In this document: positions 51,575 through 64,000 of the stretch, one piece after another
Numbering within the stretch: position 1 is the stretch's first letter
How the letters are laid out: every line of letters begins with the position of its first letter
DNA from: the human T2T-CHM13v2.0 reference genome, Homo sapiens
NCBI RefSeq assembly: GCF_009914755.1
Contig: NC_060942.1
Reading direction: 5' to 3' (one strand)
DNA: 64,000 nucleotides
Made by a program: the position numbers and the translations under genes
Notes under the pieces: generated by a model
Databases searched by the model: none
What the model was told of the DNA's origin: nothing
What the model saw: the letters and a program-made list of their open reading frames with translations, nothing else

Positions 51575-52977
51575 GGTACAGCAACCAAAACAGCATGTAC
51601 AAGTACAAAAACAGACACATAGACCAGTGGGACAGAAAAGAGAGCCCAGAAATAGGGCTGCACACCAACAACCATCATGATTGTCGACAAAGCTGACAAA
51701 TATAAGCAATGGAGAAAGGAATCTCTTCTCAATAAATGGTGCTGGGATAACTGGCTAGCCATATGCAGAAGACTGAAACTGGACTCCTTCCTAATACCAT
51801 ATACAAAGAGCAATTCAACATGGATTAAAGACTTAAATCTAAACCCCAAACTATAAAATCCCTGGAAGACAATCTAGCAATACTATTCTTGACATAAGAA
51901 TGCGCAAAGATTTCATGACGAAGACATCAAAAGCAATTGGCGATGAAAACAAACCTTTATATATGGGATATAATTAAACTAAAGAGCTTTTACATAGCAA
52001 AAGAAACTGTCAAAAGAGTAAACAGGTAACCTGTTGAATGGGAGAAAATATTTTCAAACTATGTATCTGACAGAGGTCTAATATCAACCATCTGAAAGGA
52101 ACTTAAACAAATTTACAAGATAAAAACAAACCACTCAATTAAAAAGTGGGCAAAGAACATGAGCAGACACTTTTCAAAAGAAGACATACATGTGGCCAAC
52201 AAGCATATGAAAAAAATTTCAATATCACTGATCATTAAAGAGATGCAAGTCAAAACCACCATGAGATATCATTTCACGCCAGTCAGAATGGCTATTTACC
52301 AAAAGGCAAAAAATATCAGATGCTGGCAAATTTGCAGAGAAAAGGGAACAAATATACAGTGTTGATGGGTATATAAATTAGTTCAACCATGTGGAAAGCA
52401 ATGTGGCAATCCTTTAAAGAGCTGAAAACAGAACTACCATTTGGTTTAGCAATCCCATTACTGGTTATATACCCAGAAGAATATAAATCTTCCTACCATA
52501 AATACACATGCACATGAATGTTCATTGCAGCATTATCGACAATAGCAAAGACATGGAATCAAGCTAAATGCCTATCAATGACAGACTGGATAAAGAAAGT
52601 GTGGTACATAAACAGCATGGAATACTATGCAGTCAAAAAAAGAATAGATTATGTATTTTGCAGGAACATGGATGGAGCTGGAGGCCACTATCCTTAGCAA
52701 AGTAATACAGGAACAAGAACCCAAATACTGCATGTTCTCACTTATAAATGGGAGGTAAATTATGAGAACTTATCAACACAAAGAAGGGACAACAGATATT
52801 GGAACCTACTTGAGTGTGGAGGGTGAGAGGAGGGAGAGGAGCAAACTCAAGTAACTATTGGGTACTAGGTTTAGTACCTGATTGACGAAATAAAGTGTAC
52901 AACAATCCACATAACAGGAGTTTACCTATATAACAAACCTACTTTTGTATCCCTGAACCTAAAATAAAAGTTTAAAA
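51575..52977 (+). mobile_element. 5'-truncated L1PA13-15-like
   Basis: ORF2 C-terminal remnant (ORF 52159) and 3'UTR ending CCCTGAACCTAAAATAAAAGTTT. Confidence 0.9.
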
Positions 52978-53701
52978 TTGTATATATGTAAAAAGTGATA
53001 TATAAATATTTAAATAATATTTAATATTTTTGACTTCATATTTCAATATAAATATGTAATATAACATTTAATCTAAAATATTTACATTTAAAATATATTA
53101 ATATTTCAGGTATACACTGTAGGAAGAGCATAGGCTTTATGGTTGTAAATACTACAGTAAAAATTTTGTGTCTGTAACACAAAATTTGTGTCTATAACAC
53201 AAGGTGTTGCATGAATTTGAACACCTTACTTAAAATTTCTTGGTTCTAGTTTTGTTATCTAAGAAATTGAGCTAACAATACCCACCTTACTAAAATGATA
53301 GTTTCTGGCATGAGTTATAGATTTAATAGCATGTTACTGTTAATGGCATTAAAATAAATAGCTTCTGGGATGCACTCCCATCCTCTTACCAATATTTGCC
53401 TAATGTGTAAATTTAAATTGTTCAATTTTTACTTTTTCATATCAAATTAATAATGAAAATAAAATAAATTATAATAAGCAAGTGAAAGGTCAAATATATG
53501 AGTGAATTAATTTGTTAATACAGTAAATATCTTCTTATAAAAAATTTCCAAAAAGAACTTTAGTAAATTGGCTATTTTCTATTTATAGTCCAAAATCTCT
53601 ACCAGTCTTGTTGGCATTTTTAAATAGAGTGATAACACCTCTAATGATTCACAAATGATTTCATCTGTTGAGGAAGCAATGAAGTGGTAGTTTAAGAATT
53701 T

Positions 53702-53881
53702 ATATATACATATATATATTTTTATTATACTTTAAGTTCTAGGGTACATGTGCACAATGTGCAGGTTTGTTACATATGTATACATGTGCCATGTTGGTGT
53801 GCTGCACCCATTAACTCGTCATTTACATTAGGTATATCTCCTAATGCTATCCGTCACCCCTCCCCCAACGCCACAACACAG
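53702..53881 (-). mobile_element. 180-bp L1PA3/4-like 3' end
   Basis: TTATTATACTTTAAGTTCTAGGGTACATG...TTTACATTAGGTATATCTCCTAATG. Perfect TSD AGTTTAAGAATTT at 53689-53701 and 53882-53894. Confidence 0.93.
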
Positions 53882-56254
53882 AGTTTAAGAATTTTTATAC
53901 ACAAAATAACTGGAAGAAGATTTTGGGGAGAATGTGGTCCCTTCTTTTTTTTTTTTTTTTTTACTTTTCTTCTTTCTTAACTCTTCTCTCCTAAAACTCT
54001 TAAGTATATATAAACCACATAGTCATGCTCACAAAAATTATGATATAGAACTACCTTCTAGCTACATAGTACATAGTACCCATTTTTGAAGGACACTAAA
54101 ACTACTGCTTCCTCCACTCTTTTCTGTACCCCTTTGGTAACCCAGTGGTGCCAGTGCAAGTGAATTGACTTCAAGAAATAGCCAGAATAAAAAAGAGAGA
54201 GGTAAATGTGCACTTCCTTCAGGAAAACATTTTTTTAAAATGTACATCAACTTTGTTAATTTAGTGAGACATTAAAATATACACAAACATCTTTTATCAT
54301 TTGATTTAAGCATATTTCAATGTTAAGTTTACAATAATGAAAAAGGAATTTATTCATACCAGAGAGCCCTTTCTGTTAAAATCAATAGATTAGACTGCAT
54401 TCGGGTCTATGTAGTTCTGAACGAAATGTTTCCAAATGGGTTGCAAATTATGTACCACCCACAAAGAGCACTGAAAATTAATAAACACAATTCCATCTTC
54501 CATTTATCTTTACTAATGAACCAATAATCATATTTAAGAGATAAATATCTATTCATGATGATAAAGTTTAAACATGATACTTATAAGAAATATTTAATGC
54601 ATTTACATTAATTTCAGGGTCCATGAAAGATAGTAATTTAATATTCTTCAGGAGTATGTTTTCAACATTAATTTGTTCCTGGATGCCTTGTTTGAGGAAT
54701 CTAGAATATTTCTATACAAGTAAAAATGTAGTCATATTTAGAAAGGACGCATTTGTTTTTCTGATCTGGGTTATGTAAAGAGTTTGAACTCCAAATGAGA
54801 GGCTCAAGCTATATACCAGAATGTTAAATATGTAATGTCACAGATATTGATCTTATGAAGTAAATAAATGTTATTCCTTTTGGACATAATGTATCGTAAA
54901 GCATAAAGCAATAATAAAATATTATCTCACTACTTTTTTATTAATAGAGATAACAAATTTTTCTTAAGTGTAATGGAGCAATCTTCCAAAATGAATATTC
55001 TATAAACATGAACCAGTTCAATTATTTTTATTGATAACTAGTGTCGTCACTTAAAAATGTTAAAAACATAATTTTTATACATATACAGGATGATAACTAT
55101 AAAATTTTTAGCTAATTAATAAGAGAACATAAAGATAAAACAGAAAAAGTACATATGAGAAATTGATCTCTTTTTATACATATGATAATGATGAAGATAT
55201 ACATTAATCCTGCAATAAAATTGTGAAGTAAAATCGAAACAGGTTAATGTTCCATAGGATAATAAAAGAAAAACCTTGGGATTATTGGATTAGTGTTAGT
55301 TTTGCACAAGTTAACAGCTAACTTTATTAAGAGTAGGTCCTAGCAATAGTAAATACTTACATTTTTTCAATGAGTTTATTCTTAAGTGAACTTATTAGGA
55401 AGTATTCAAGCATGACATTGCAAGGAGACACAGGTTATTTGTTGCCTCATAAATTTTATATACTGTTCCTTAAAACTGTTTTTTGATTATTTAGTAAAGA
55501 TTAACTTGTCAATTTTTTAATAAGTACTACTTTCATTTAGTAGTTTGTCAAACTTAGTTAAGAGTCTACTTTTGGTGCACAGATTCAAATTCTAGTAGTA
55601 AAGTATCTTTCAACCCTATATTAGAGATATCATTAATAAAATAAAATTACCTTAACCTTAAAGAATTCAAATATATCCACAGAGATTAGATTAATTTCTG
55701 CCTAGAATATATTCTTGAAACATGATCTTGTAACTTGAGTTATAATTTTAGTAAATCATATTTAGTAAGTGATATATACAGGAACATTTGAAATATATAT
55801 GGTATTAAATAATACAAACTTGGATATTATAATAAAACAAATTTAATTAATAGGTAATTCCATATACCAAATATTTAAAATATATCTAAAAAGTTTATTG
55901 TATACACAAATAATCAAAGTTAAAAATAATGTATTAATATATTAATGAATGTAATTTTAGGATCATGAATTTAACAATAGAATATTTCCTGCTGAGTTGA
56001 TAAGGAACGTGTTTGGCATAAGTTAGGAGATTAAAAAGGAGCTTGACAAAATAGTAGGTATTGATGTTGCAAAAATAACAATTTTATTACAGCGTCCAGT
56101 TATCATCACTGCATATAGTGTTCAGCTCTGTATGAAGTGAACTAATGTCAGAGATTAGCAAAGATGCAATCAAGGAAAGACAAAATGATAAAGAGAAGAT
56201 ATTATATCACCATTTGAAGAAACAGAAAATGAGACAAAATTGAAGAAAACATAC

Positions 56255-57328
<1,074 letters not shown>

Positions 57329-58141
57329 ACATATATATATATTTATGCACTTAAATAAGTAAATGATATATTTAAAATGAAGTTCAGATTTATTACACTT
57401 TTTTAAAGAAGACATAAGCTCACCTTTTTAAAAAAAGCAATATGCCTTTTCATTCTTCTTTTGTTTTTTTTTTTCATTCTTCCTTTCTAATTGAGAACTG
57501 AATTTGGACATTAAGGGTTAAAGAGCTTGAATTATATTATAAACCACAGAACGGGAAAAATGTGTGGTGGCATTTCTCATTTAAAAGAAGGTAGAAGAGA
57601 AGCAGAGGGAGTATGACTATCAAATAGCTGAGAAACCTCTCTTGCTCAAAGCCCAAATACTAGGCGATAGAAGTACAAGGTAGAGTGACTTAGATCTGAG
57701 AAACTCTTTGCTTCATTTTCTTGTTTAAGCTATAGATAGCAACTGCTCTTGCCAAGACAAACTACTCACTATTAATATATTGAAAGTAAAAAGTAGAAGA
57801 AACCCTATTGGAGATGTGCCAATTCTTATTTAGAAAGAGTTCTCAAGTCATTCCTCCCCTAAGTTATTTATGTACAAATGTATCTTACGGTTCCCATCAT
57901 GAATAAGCAAGAAGAAAGAATGGACTCATGGACTGAGGAGGCCTCCAGGTCAGATCAAGAAGTTGGCATTTAGATCTTCATGAGGACCATGACCACAGAA
58001 CGGAAGTATAAAGGCATCTTCAGCCAGACGGAAGCAGGGAAAAAGACCAAGGGAACAAGAATATGTTAGTAGCAGACTGAGGCATAAGAACAATAATACT
58101 TGGAGAGAAAAACTTGAACTCCTCCCTACATATACCAGATA

Positions 58142-58575
58142 TGTCAGGTTTTGGTACTCTGAAAAGCAGATGCTGAAATCTAGTTAAGAGCAGAAATACT
58201 TATTGAGGAATAACACTAGGGAAAGAAAAATGGAGGGAGCAAGATTGGGAAGGGGAATCTTTTAGATACTGATGCTGATTTAACAAAGTCTATCAGCCCA
58301 AAATGGAGCTCCAGAGCGAATACAATTAGACCAATGTTGTGTAGAAATGAGTAGACCCTTGTATTACTTACTTAGTTATTGGCTGATGGGCAAGAAAAGA
58401 ACATATTCTTTGATACTGTTGTCTTGCTTTGCAGGATCTACCCTGAAAATAGAGTTACTTAGTCTTAAAATCTGAGCTAACAGCTTGGGGCTCTCAGCTA
58501 ACCACCCTCTTTGCAACCCGGCAACAAGTCCTTTCTGGAAGACGGATTTCAGCACAACATTTTCATGTCTGTCAC
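58142..58575 (-). mobile_element. LTR16A/B-like ERVL LTR
   Basis: CTCTGAAAAGCAGATGCTGA...TTATTGAGG...GGAGCTCCAGAGC. Confidence 0.6.
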
Positions 58576-59399
58576 ACCAAAATAGCCTTTTTTTAAGTCC
58601 TGCCACTGACTTTTAAATCCTACCACCATCTACTCAAGCATAGATATTCCTGAAAAAGAAGGGAAGAGTAAACATGATGGTCGTGAACTTTTTAGGCCAA
58701 GAAAAAAAACTTAAAAATATGTGACTGACTGATTTGACTAGTAAGTGGCAACAATTGCTATAGCTCTGAATAAAAATGAGACTAAAGACCTGAGTGATAT
58801 TTAGTTACAGAAAAATTGGTAGTTTAATCATTGTACATACAATGTTTTTCCTATTAACTAACCACTGTATGTATTTTAAATATATAGACATAAGGAAATT
58901 ACATTACCAAGAATTAATTGTAATAGGTGTTTCAATTTTAGATTTCTAGGTACATTTAAGCACAGAATTAGATCATTAGCTTTCAGAGGCGGCATAAGCT
59001 AACCATTTCTACAAGTTCACTATTTCCCTTCAGAGAATTATAAAGCTATATTATAGAATAAACTAAGATATTCGGTAGTAAATTATTTTCTTAGTGCATC
59101 CTACTAAGGGGGATGAAAGAATTAATAATAATTTTGAAAAGTGATAAAGGGTGAATATAGCCACTTGTAAGTCCCAGAGGGGAGTAAATAGTAATGTCAG
59201 GAAAAATTATAAAATGCAATTGATTAATTCCTTACAGAAAAATAATAATTCCGTATAAAGTTACAGACAATTCGCTCAAGAAGAAAAAAATTCAGTAAAA
59301 TGATGATAATAAAAGTATAACAAGATTTGCAATGATACTAATTTTCTCAAAGTTTCTGCAGGGACTCCAAACCTAAAGAAATACAGTGGGTTCGAGGTA

Positions 59400-60460
59400 T
59401 TCCCATATCTTTTGTGAGGTGTTAGGTCACCTATGCAGACTTTCTAAGAAACTATCAAAGAGGATCTGCAATGTGAGTGATCTCCTAGATGCTTGTTTTA
59501 AGGAATGAAGATGAAGAGTCAAGACAGAAGAATCCTTTGCAATGACTTAGACTATTTTGTACATTTACCTCCACAAAGGAGGCAAGGGGAGGGTATTTCT
59601 ACTAACTGTAAACAAGGGAGAGGGTCTTTCAAGAAGACCAATTACTCAGATAATTAAGTTTAGGGAGCCTAAAGATTGCATGAGAGGCTGTGGCTAACCT
59701 GGCCTGATGTACAAAGCAGAGAATAAAGGGAGGTATTGCATTGCGAAAAAGCTATATTTCCACGTACTTAGGGACAAAAGTGTCTGATAAAGGGGATTGC
59801 ATGAGGAACATGTGGTGGAAAACAGGCCTGGAGCTATCTTATGAGGGAACAGTTTTAAGAGAATCACCTTGAGGGTAAAGAGAAAACTGGGAAAAAGCAC
59901 TGATTCTCAGGTTGTAAAGTAGGTTATCAGGGACTGAAGGGTCCATATGGAGGAGATATATTTGTGTCTGGTGAATTGTAGTTGGAAGATACTAGCAAGA
60001 ATATTTCCAGAAAAAAACATCAATTTTCCATAGCAGAGAGTTAGCTCTTAGTATTAACACCAAATCACAAACAGCACTAGTAAAAAGCCTGCTCCACTTG
60101 TTGAAAAAAGAATATCATCTCTTTACGAGCATAATCTTGAGGAGGTCAGAAACCAGGGCTCCATAATGGGCTAGGGAGTCTGTAAGGGAAATTGGAACTA
60201 CTTCCATCCTACACTGCAGCTTCCAAGACTGAAAGAGACCGATCAGGAGGATAGAAAACTATTTAAGTAAAGTCTGGAGTTCTGATGATTATACTAAACA
60301 CAAATTTAAAGAAAATAATAAAAGATAATATTTGTTAAATGTATAAGCATTATGAAGAAAGCTATGAATCTCAGCTCAGCTTTCACAAAAAGCAGGTAAA
60401 CAAGTAGCTGCTAAAATAGATTACAGGTTCTATGGAAAAAAAATGCTGAATTATGGTTGT
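59400..60460 (+). mobile_element. Possible very old LTR (LTR78-like)
   Basis: Purine-rich body with a 3' AAAGCTATGAATCTCAGCT...motif resembling LTR78. Highly diverged. Confidence 0.35.
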
Positions 60461-61049
60461 GATTTATTGCAGATTTAATTTAGTTAAGAAACAAAATTAG
60501 TTTAAATCAATACCAATTAATTTCATTAAGTTGCCGAGTAATACTATTACACATAGTTGCTTGCAATGAAACTTGAGACCAATTTTATGAAAAGCAAATT
60601 TGCAAAGGCTTTCAGAAACTAAATGAAGACTAAAGAGTTCTGTTTTTAGAAGTATGATCTGAGAAATAATCTAAAGACTTTTTAAGAAAGTGCCGAATGA
60701 TAATTATCTTAGCATTATTTTGGGAAACAGAGTGATTGGGCAACTGGCTTCCAATTTCCCAACAGGTTATTCCCAGGGAAAAAAAGAAGGTAGATGACTT
60801 GGAAATAGCCTCTTGGCATGATCTTATTGTAAAGTAAATTATGAAATATAAAGTAAATTCCAAAATTTCACTGAGACTTGAATCAATAGGAAAACATACA
60901 TTGTTCTTGAATAGGAAAGCTAATATAAAGATACCCTTTGTTCCTAGGCTAATTCATAAATTTGGTACATTCTTTATTTAAATTTCTTTCTGGCTTTTCT
61001 GACATAGTTTTTTAGTGCTTTGTTTCATTTTGATATGCTCCTTTTATCC

Positions 61050-61660
61050 CTTTGTTTAATACTGCAATATTCTCTTAAGTAGTCTCTGCTTTAGGTCTTT
61101 ACATGGTTTCAGGAATAGTCTTTCTGTAATTTGAAAATTGTTATATCTATCTCTGTGCAAAATTCTTTAGTGACTTTCTGATTTCTCCTAAGCATAGTTT
61201 ACATTCCTGGCTGAAGAATGCAGGTTCTACAGGAGCTAGTGCCTGACTGCATCTCCCAGCCTGTGTGTTGCTCACACTCTTCTAATGCATTCTGCTTTAC
61301 ACATCATGTTAATAATGACCGATCAAATTCATTCTTCTCTCATTGTCTGGGATTATTGCCCCATTGTCTGCTCAGATAGCCTTTTTTGCTCTTTTAAGGA
61401 TCAGCTCAAATGTTACTTCTGCTATGAAACATTGCTAGATTCCCCATCTACCTCATTTTCTAGGTAAAATTGAACCGTTATATCTTTGACTCCCTGAACT
61501 TGAAATGAGCTTCTATAGTAATATCTGTAATGCTTTATTATACCTAAATATTTGCATGTCAACCTTTCTTAACTGGTCTGAATGGTTCTATTTTATTGAT
61601 ATTTGTATACTCTAGCAGGGCATTTGCATACATTAGATTTATAATAATTGTTGATTGATT
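61050..61660 (+). mobile_element. L2 relic
   Basis: TTTAAGGATCAGCTCAAATGTTACTTC and 3' end TTGTTGATTGATTGGATG. Confidence 0.65.
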
Positions 61661-61819
61661 GGATGTATTATTGAAGTTTCCACCCCATGTTTACATTGGT
61701 TCTTTAAAATATTAAATATATATCTGAAACTCTATTCTCGGATGATTTATTGTTATCATGTGGTTACGTTCATGACCATATTTTCAGTACCATATATGGG
61801 ATACTATAGTGGATACCAT

Positions 61820-62535
61820 GGTGTGTTATGTAGATCCCTTTTCAGAATACAGCTGCTAACATATACTCCCAGGATGCGAAGCCTCTTTAGGAATTAATAA
61901 AAAGAACTTGATGAGAACTCTCCTGCTCAAGGTTACATACACTTCCTGGGACCTCCTAGAAAGGCCCAAGTCCTTTGCTCACAGGACAACCCTGAAGGAC
62001 CTAAGATGTTTCAGAGATCATTTTGCAGTGAGCTGAATCTTTGGATGAAACAACATTGCAGCCTAATTCTGACCAATGCTGATTTTTTTTCTCCACAGAT
62101 ATTTGCTTCAAGAAGAGAACACTTACATTCTTTTATGCAGTTATAGAGGGAATGTTTGTGCCCCACCCCACAATTCATATGTTGAAATCCTAACACAGGA
62201 TGCATTGGTACTAGGAGTTGTGGCCTTTGGAAGTTAATTAGGACATGAGGATGTGATTGATGCCCTTATAAAAGCGATCCCACTGAGATCCCTGATTCCT
62301 TCTGCCATATGAGGACAGGTAGAGAAGACAGTCATCTGGAAACCAGGAAATGGGTCCCTGCCAGACAGAAAATCTGCCAGCACTTTGATATTGGACTTCC
62401 CAGCCTTCAGAACTGTGAGAAACAGTTTTTGTTTAAGCCCTCTGTGCTATGACATATTTGTTATAGTAGCTGAAACTAAGACACATGCTAGTCTCCCCAT
62501 CAGAATCTGCTTTCAGAAAATTTCAGCCTAAAATA
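61820..62535 (+). mobile_element. LTR16-like LTR split by MLT1A
   Basis: CAAGGTTACATACACTTCCTGG; resumes CATCAGAATCTGCTTTCAG after the insert. Confidence 0.55.
62139..62483 (+). mobile_element. MLT1A0-like solo LTR
   Basis: ATTCATATGTTGAAATCCTAAC...TTGGACTTCCCAGCC...ACTAAGACA. TSD TATGC / CATGC. Confidence 0.85.
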
Positions 62536-62610
62536 GGTCTGCAAGGTGATCCAGAAAGAAATTAGTAGCACATTTATTTAAATTTTTTATCCAAAATATT
62601 AGAGGACATT

Positions 62611-62912
62611 GGCTGGGTGCTGGTGGCTCATGCCTGTAATCCCAGCACTTTGGAAGGCTGAGGTGGGCAGATCACCTGGGGTTGGGAGTTCGAGACCAGC
62701 CTGACTAACATGGAGAAACCCTGCCTCTACTGAAAATACAAAATTAGCCAGGCGTGGTGGCACATGCCTGTAATCCCAGCTACTTGAGAGGCTGAGGCAG
62801 GAGAATTGCTTGAACCTGGGAGGCAGAGGTTGAGGGTGAGCTGAGATCGTGCCACTTCACTCTAGCCTGGGTGACAGAGCAAGACTCCATCTCAAAAAAA
62901 AAAAAAAAAAAA
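62611..62912 (+). mobile_element. AluSp-like
   Basis: GGGAGTTCGAGACCAGCCTGAC..ACATGGAGAAACC. TSD ATTAGAGGACAT at 62598-62609 and 62913-62924. Confidence 0.93.
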
Positions 62913-63427
62913 ATTAGAGGACATCACATTTCACTAATGGACATGGAGTTTGCCCTCATATATGTTGCCAGGTATCACGCACAATGTAAGAGATACCCCA
63001 AGAGAAGAGGGAGAGTTGTCAATGCATAAGAGTTTCCACTCATATTCACATGATTGACTGGATTTATTTGTATTAAATTATCTAATGTAGCTAAACTACA
63101 CAGTACAAAAAGATAGCTGACAAAGATACTTGTAAAAAGTACCAGAGATTGACAATAATCCTAATGATACAAGTAAATGGAAAGCAAGTCATACAGCGTT
63201 GATAGTTCTTGCTCACCACTAGAAGAGATGACCTTTTTACACATGGATTCCCTCAGAAGCCCACCTTGACTATAGCTGGTGTTGACTACAGCTGGTGTGA
63301 AAGACCAGATTAATGGAGTTAGAAAAGTTTTAGATCCAGTCTGTCATATGCTTGCTATTTAAAGGTATGTGTTGGTTTTGTTTTTTTGTTTTTGCCACAT
63401 TCACTTTAGTTTTTTAATAAATATTTT

Positions 63428-64000
63428 CCTAGTACCCACTAGTTATTTTTTCTGCTCCTCTCCCCCTCCTCCCACCTTCCACCCTCAAGTAGACCCCCGT
63501 GTCTGTTGTTCCCTTTGTGTGTTCATGAGTTCTGATTTAGCTCCCACTTATAAGTGAGAACACGCGGTATTTGGTTTTCTGTTCCTGTGTTAGTTTGCTA
63601 AGGATAACAGCGTCAAGTTCCATCCATGTTTTCACAGAGGACATGACCTCTTTCTTTTTTTATGGCTGCTTAGTATACTATGGTGTATATGTACCATATT
63701 TTCTTTGTCCATTCTGTCGTTCATGGGCATTTAGGTTGATTCCATTTGTTTGTTATTGTGAATAGTGCTGCAATGAACATTTACGTGCCTGTGTTTTTAT
63801 GGTAAAATGATTCATATTCCTCTGGGTGTATACTCAGTAATTGGATTGCTGGGTGGAATGGTACTTCTGTTTTAGCTCTTTGAGGAATTGCCACACTGCT
63901 TTCTACAATGGTTGAACTAATTTACACTCCCACCAAAAGTGTATAAGTGTTCCATTTTCACTGCTACCTTGCCAGCATCTCTTATTTTTTGATTTTTTAA
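63428..64000 (-). mobile_element. L1PA13-15-like 3'UTR/ORF2 end, running off the window
   Basis: TAGTACCCACTAGTTATTT...GCTCCCACTTATAAGTGAGAAC. Confidence 0.9.

Noticed and set aside
54090-54225. Possible minus-strand exon after a pyrimidine tract
   Set aside because: Splice signals are weak and ambiguous; no supporting coding signal.
63266-63298. 16-bp direct repeat (also a 20-bp duplicate at 53161-53201) as CRISPR-like repeats
   Set aside because: Only two adjacent copies with no spacers; ordinary slippage duplications in eukaryotic DNA.

Overview
This is AT-rich primate (human-like) genomic DNA made mostly of decayed transposable elements. I find no supportable protein-coding gene, tRNA or CRISPR array. 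The supplied ORFs are remnants of L1 ORF1/ORF2, Alu or LTR sequence, or chance ORFs. The content is two near-full-length old + strand L1s (19.8-27.2 kb, 38.8-46.0 kb), several minus-strand L1s, nine Alus plus two fragments, many MaLR/ERV1/ERVL solo LTRs in nested stacks, two Tigger2a/MER28 DNA transposons, and L2/MIR relics. Subfamily names come from my recognition of consensus sequences, not from a RepeatMasker run. I see no new multi-gene system. The most interesting signals are retrotransposition footprints: (1) a tailless 40-nt 5S rRNA retrocopy with a 15-bp TSD; (2) a twin-primed (5'-inverted) L1 with a probable 3' transduction that splits a Tigger2a; (3) a double-L1-tail insertion inside one perfect TSD; (4) a 72-bp MaLR mini-LTR with both ends and its TSD; (5) a multi-layer MaLR nest; (6) a deletion younger than THE1A; and (7) a candidate 141-nt exon in the unique-looking region.
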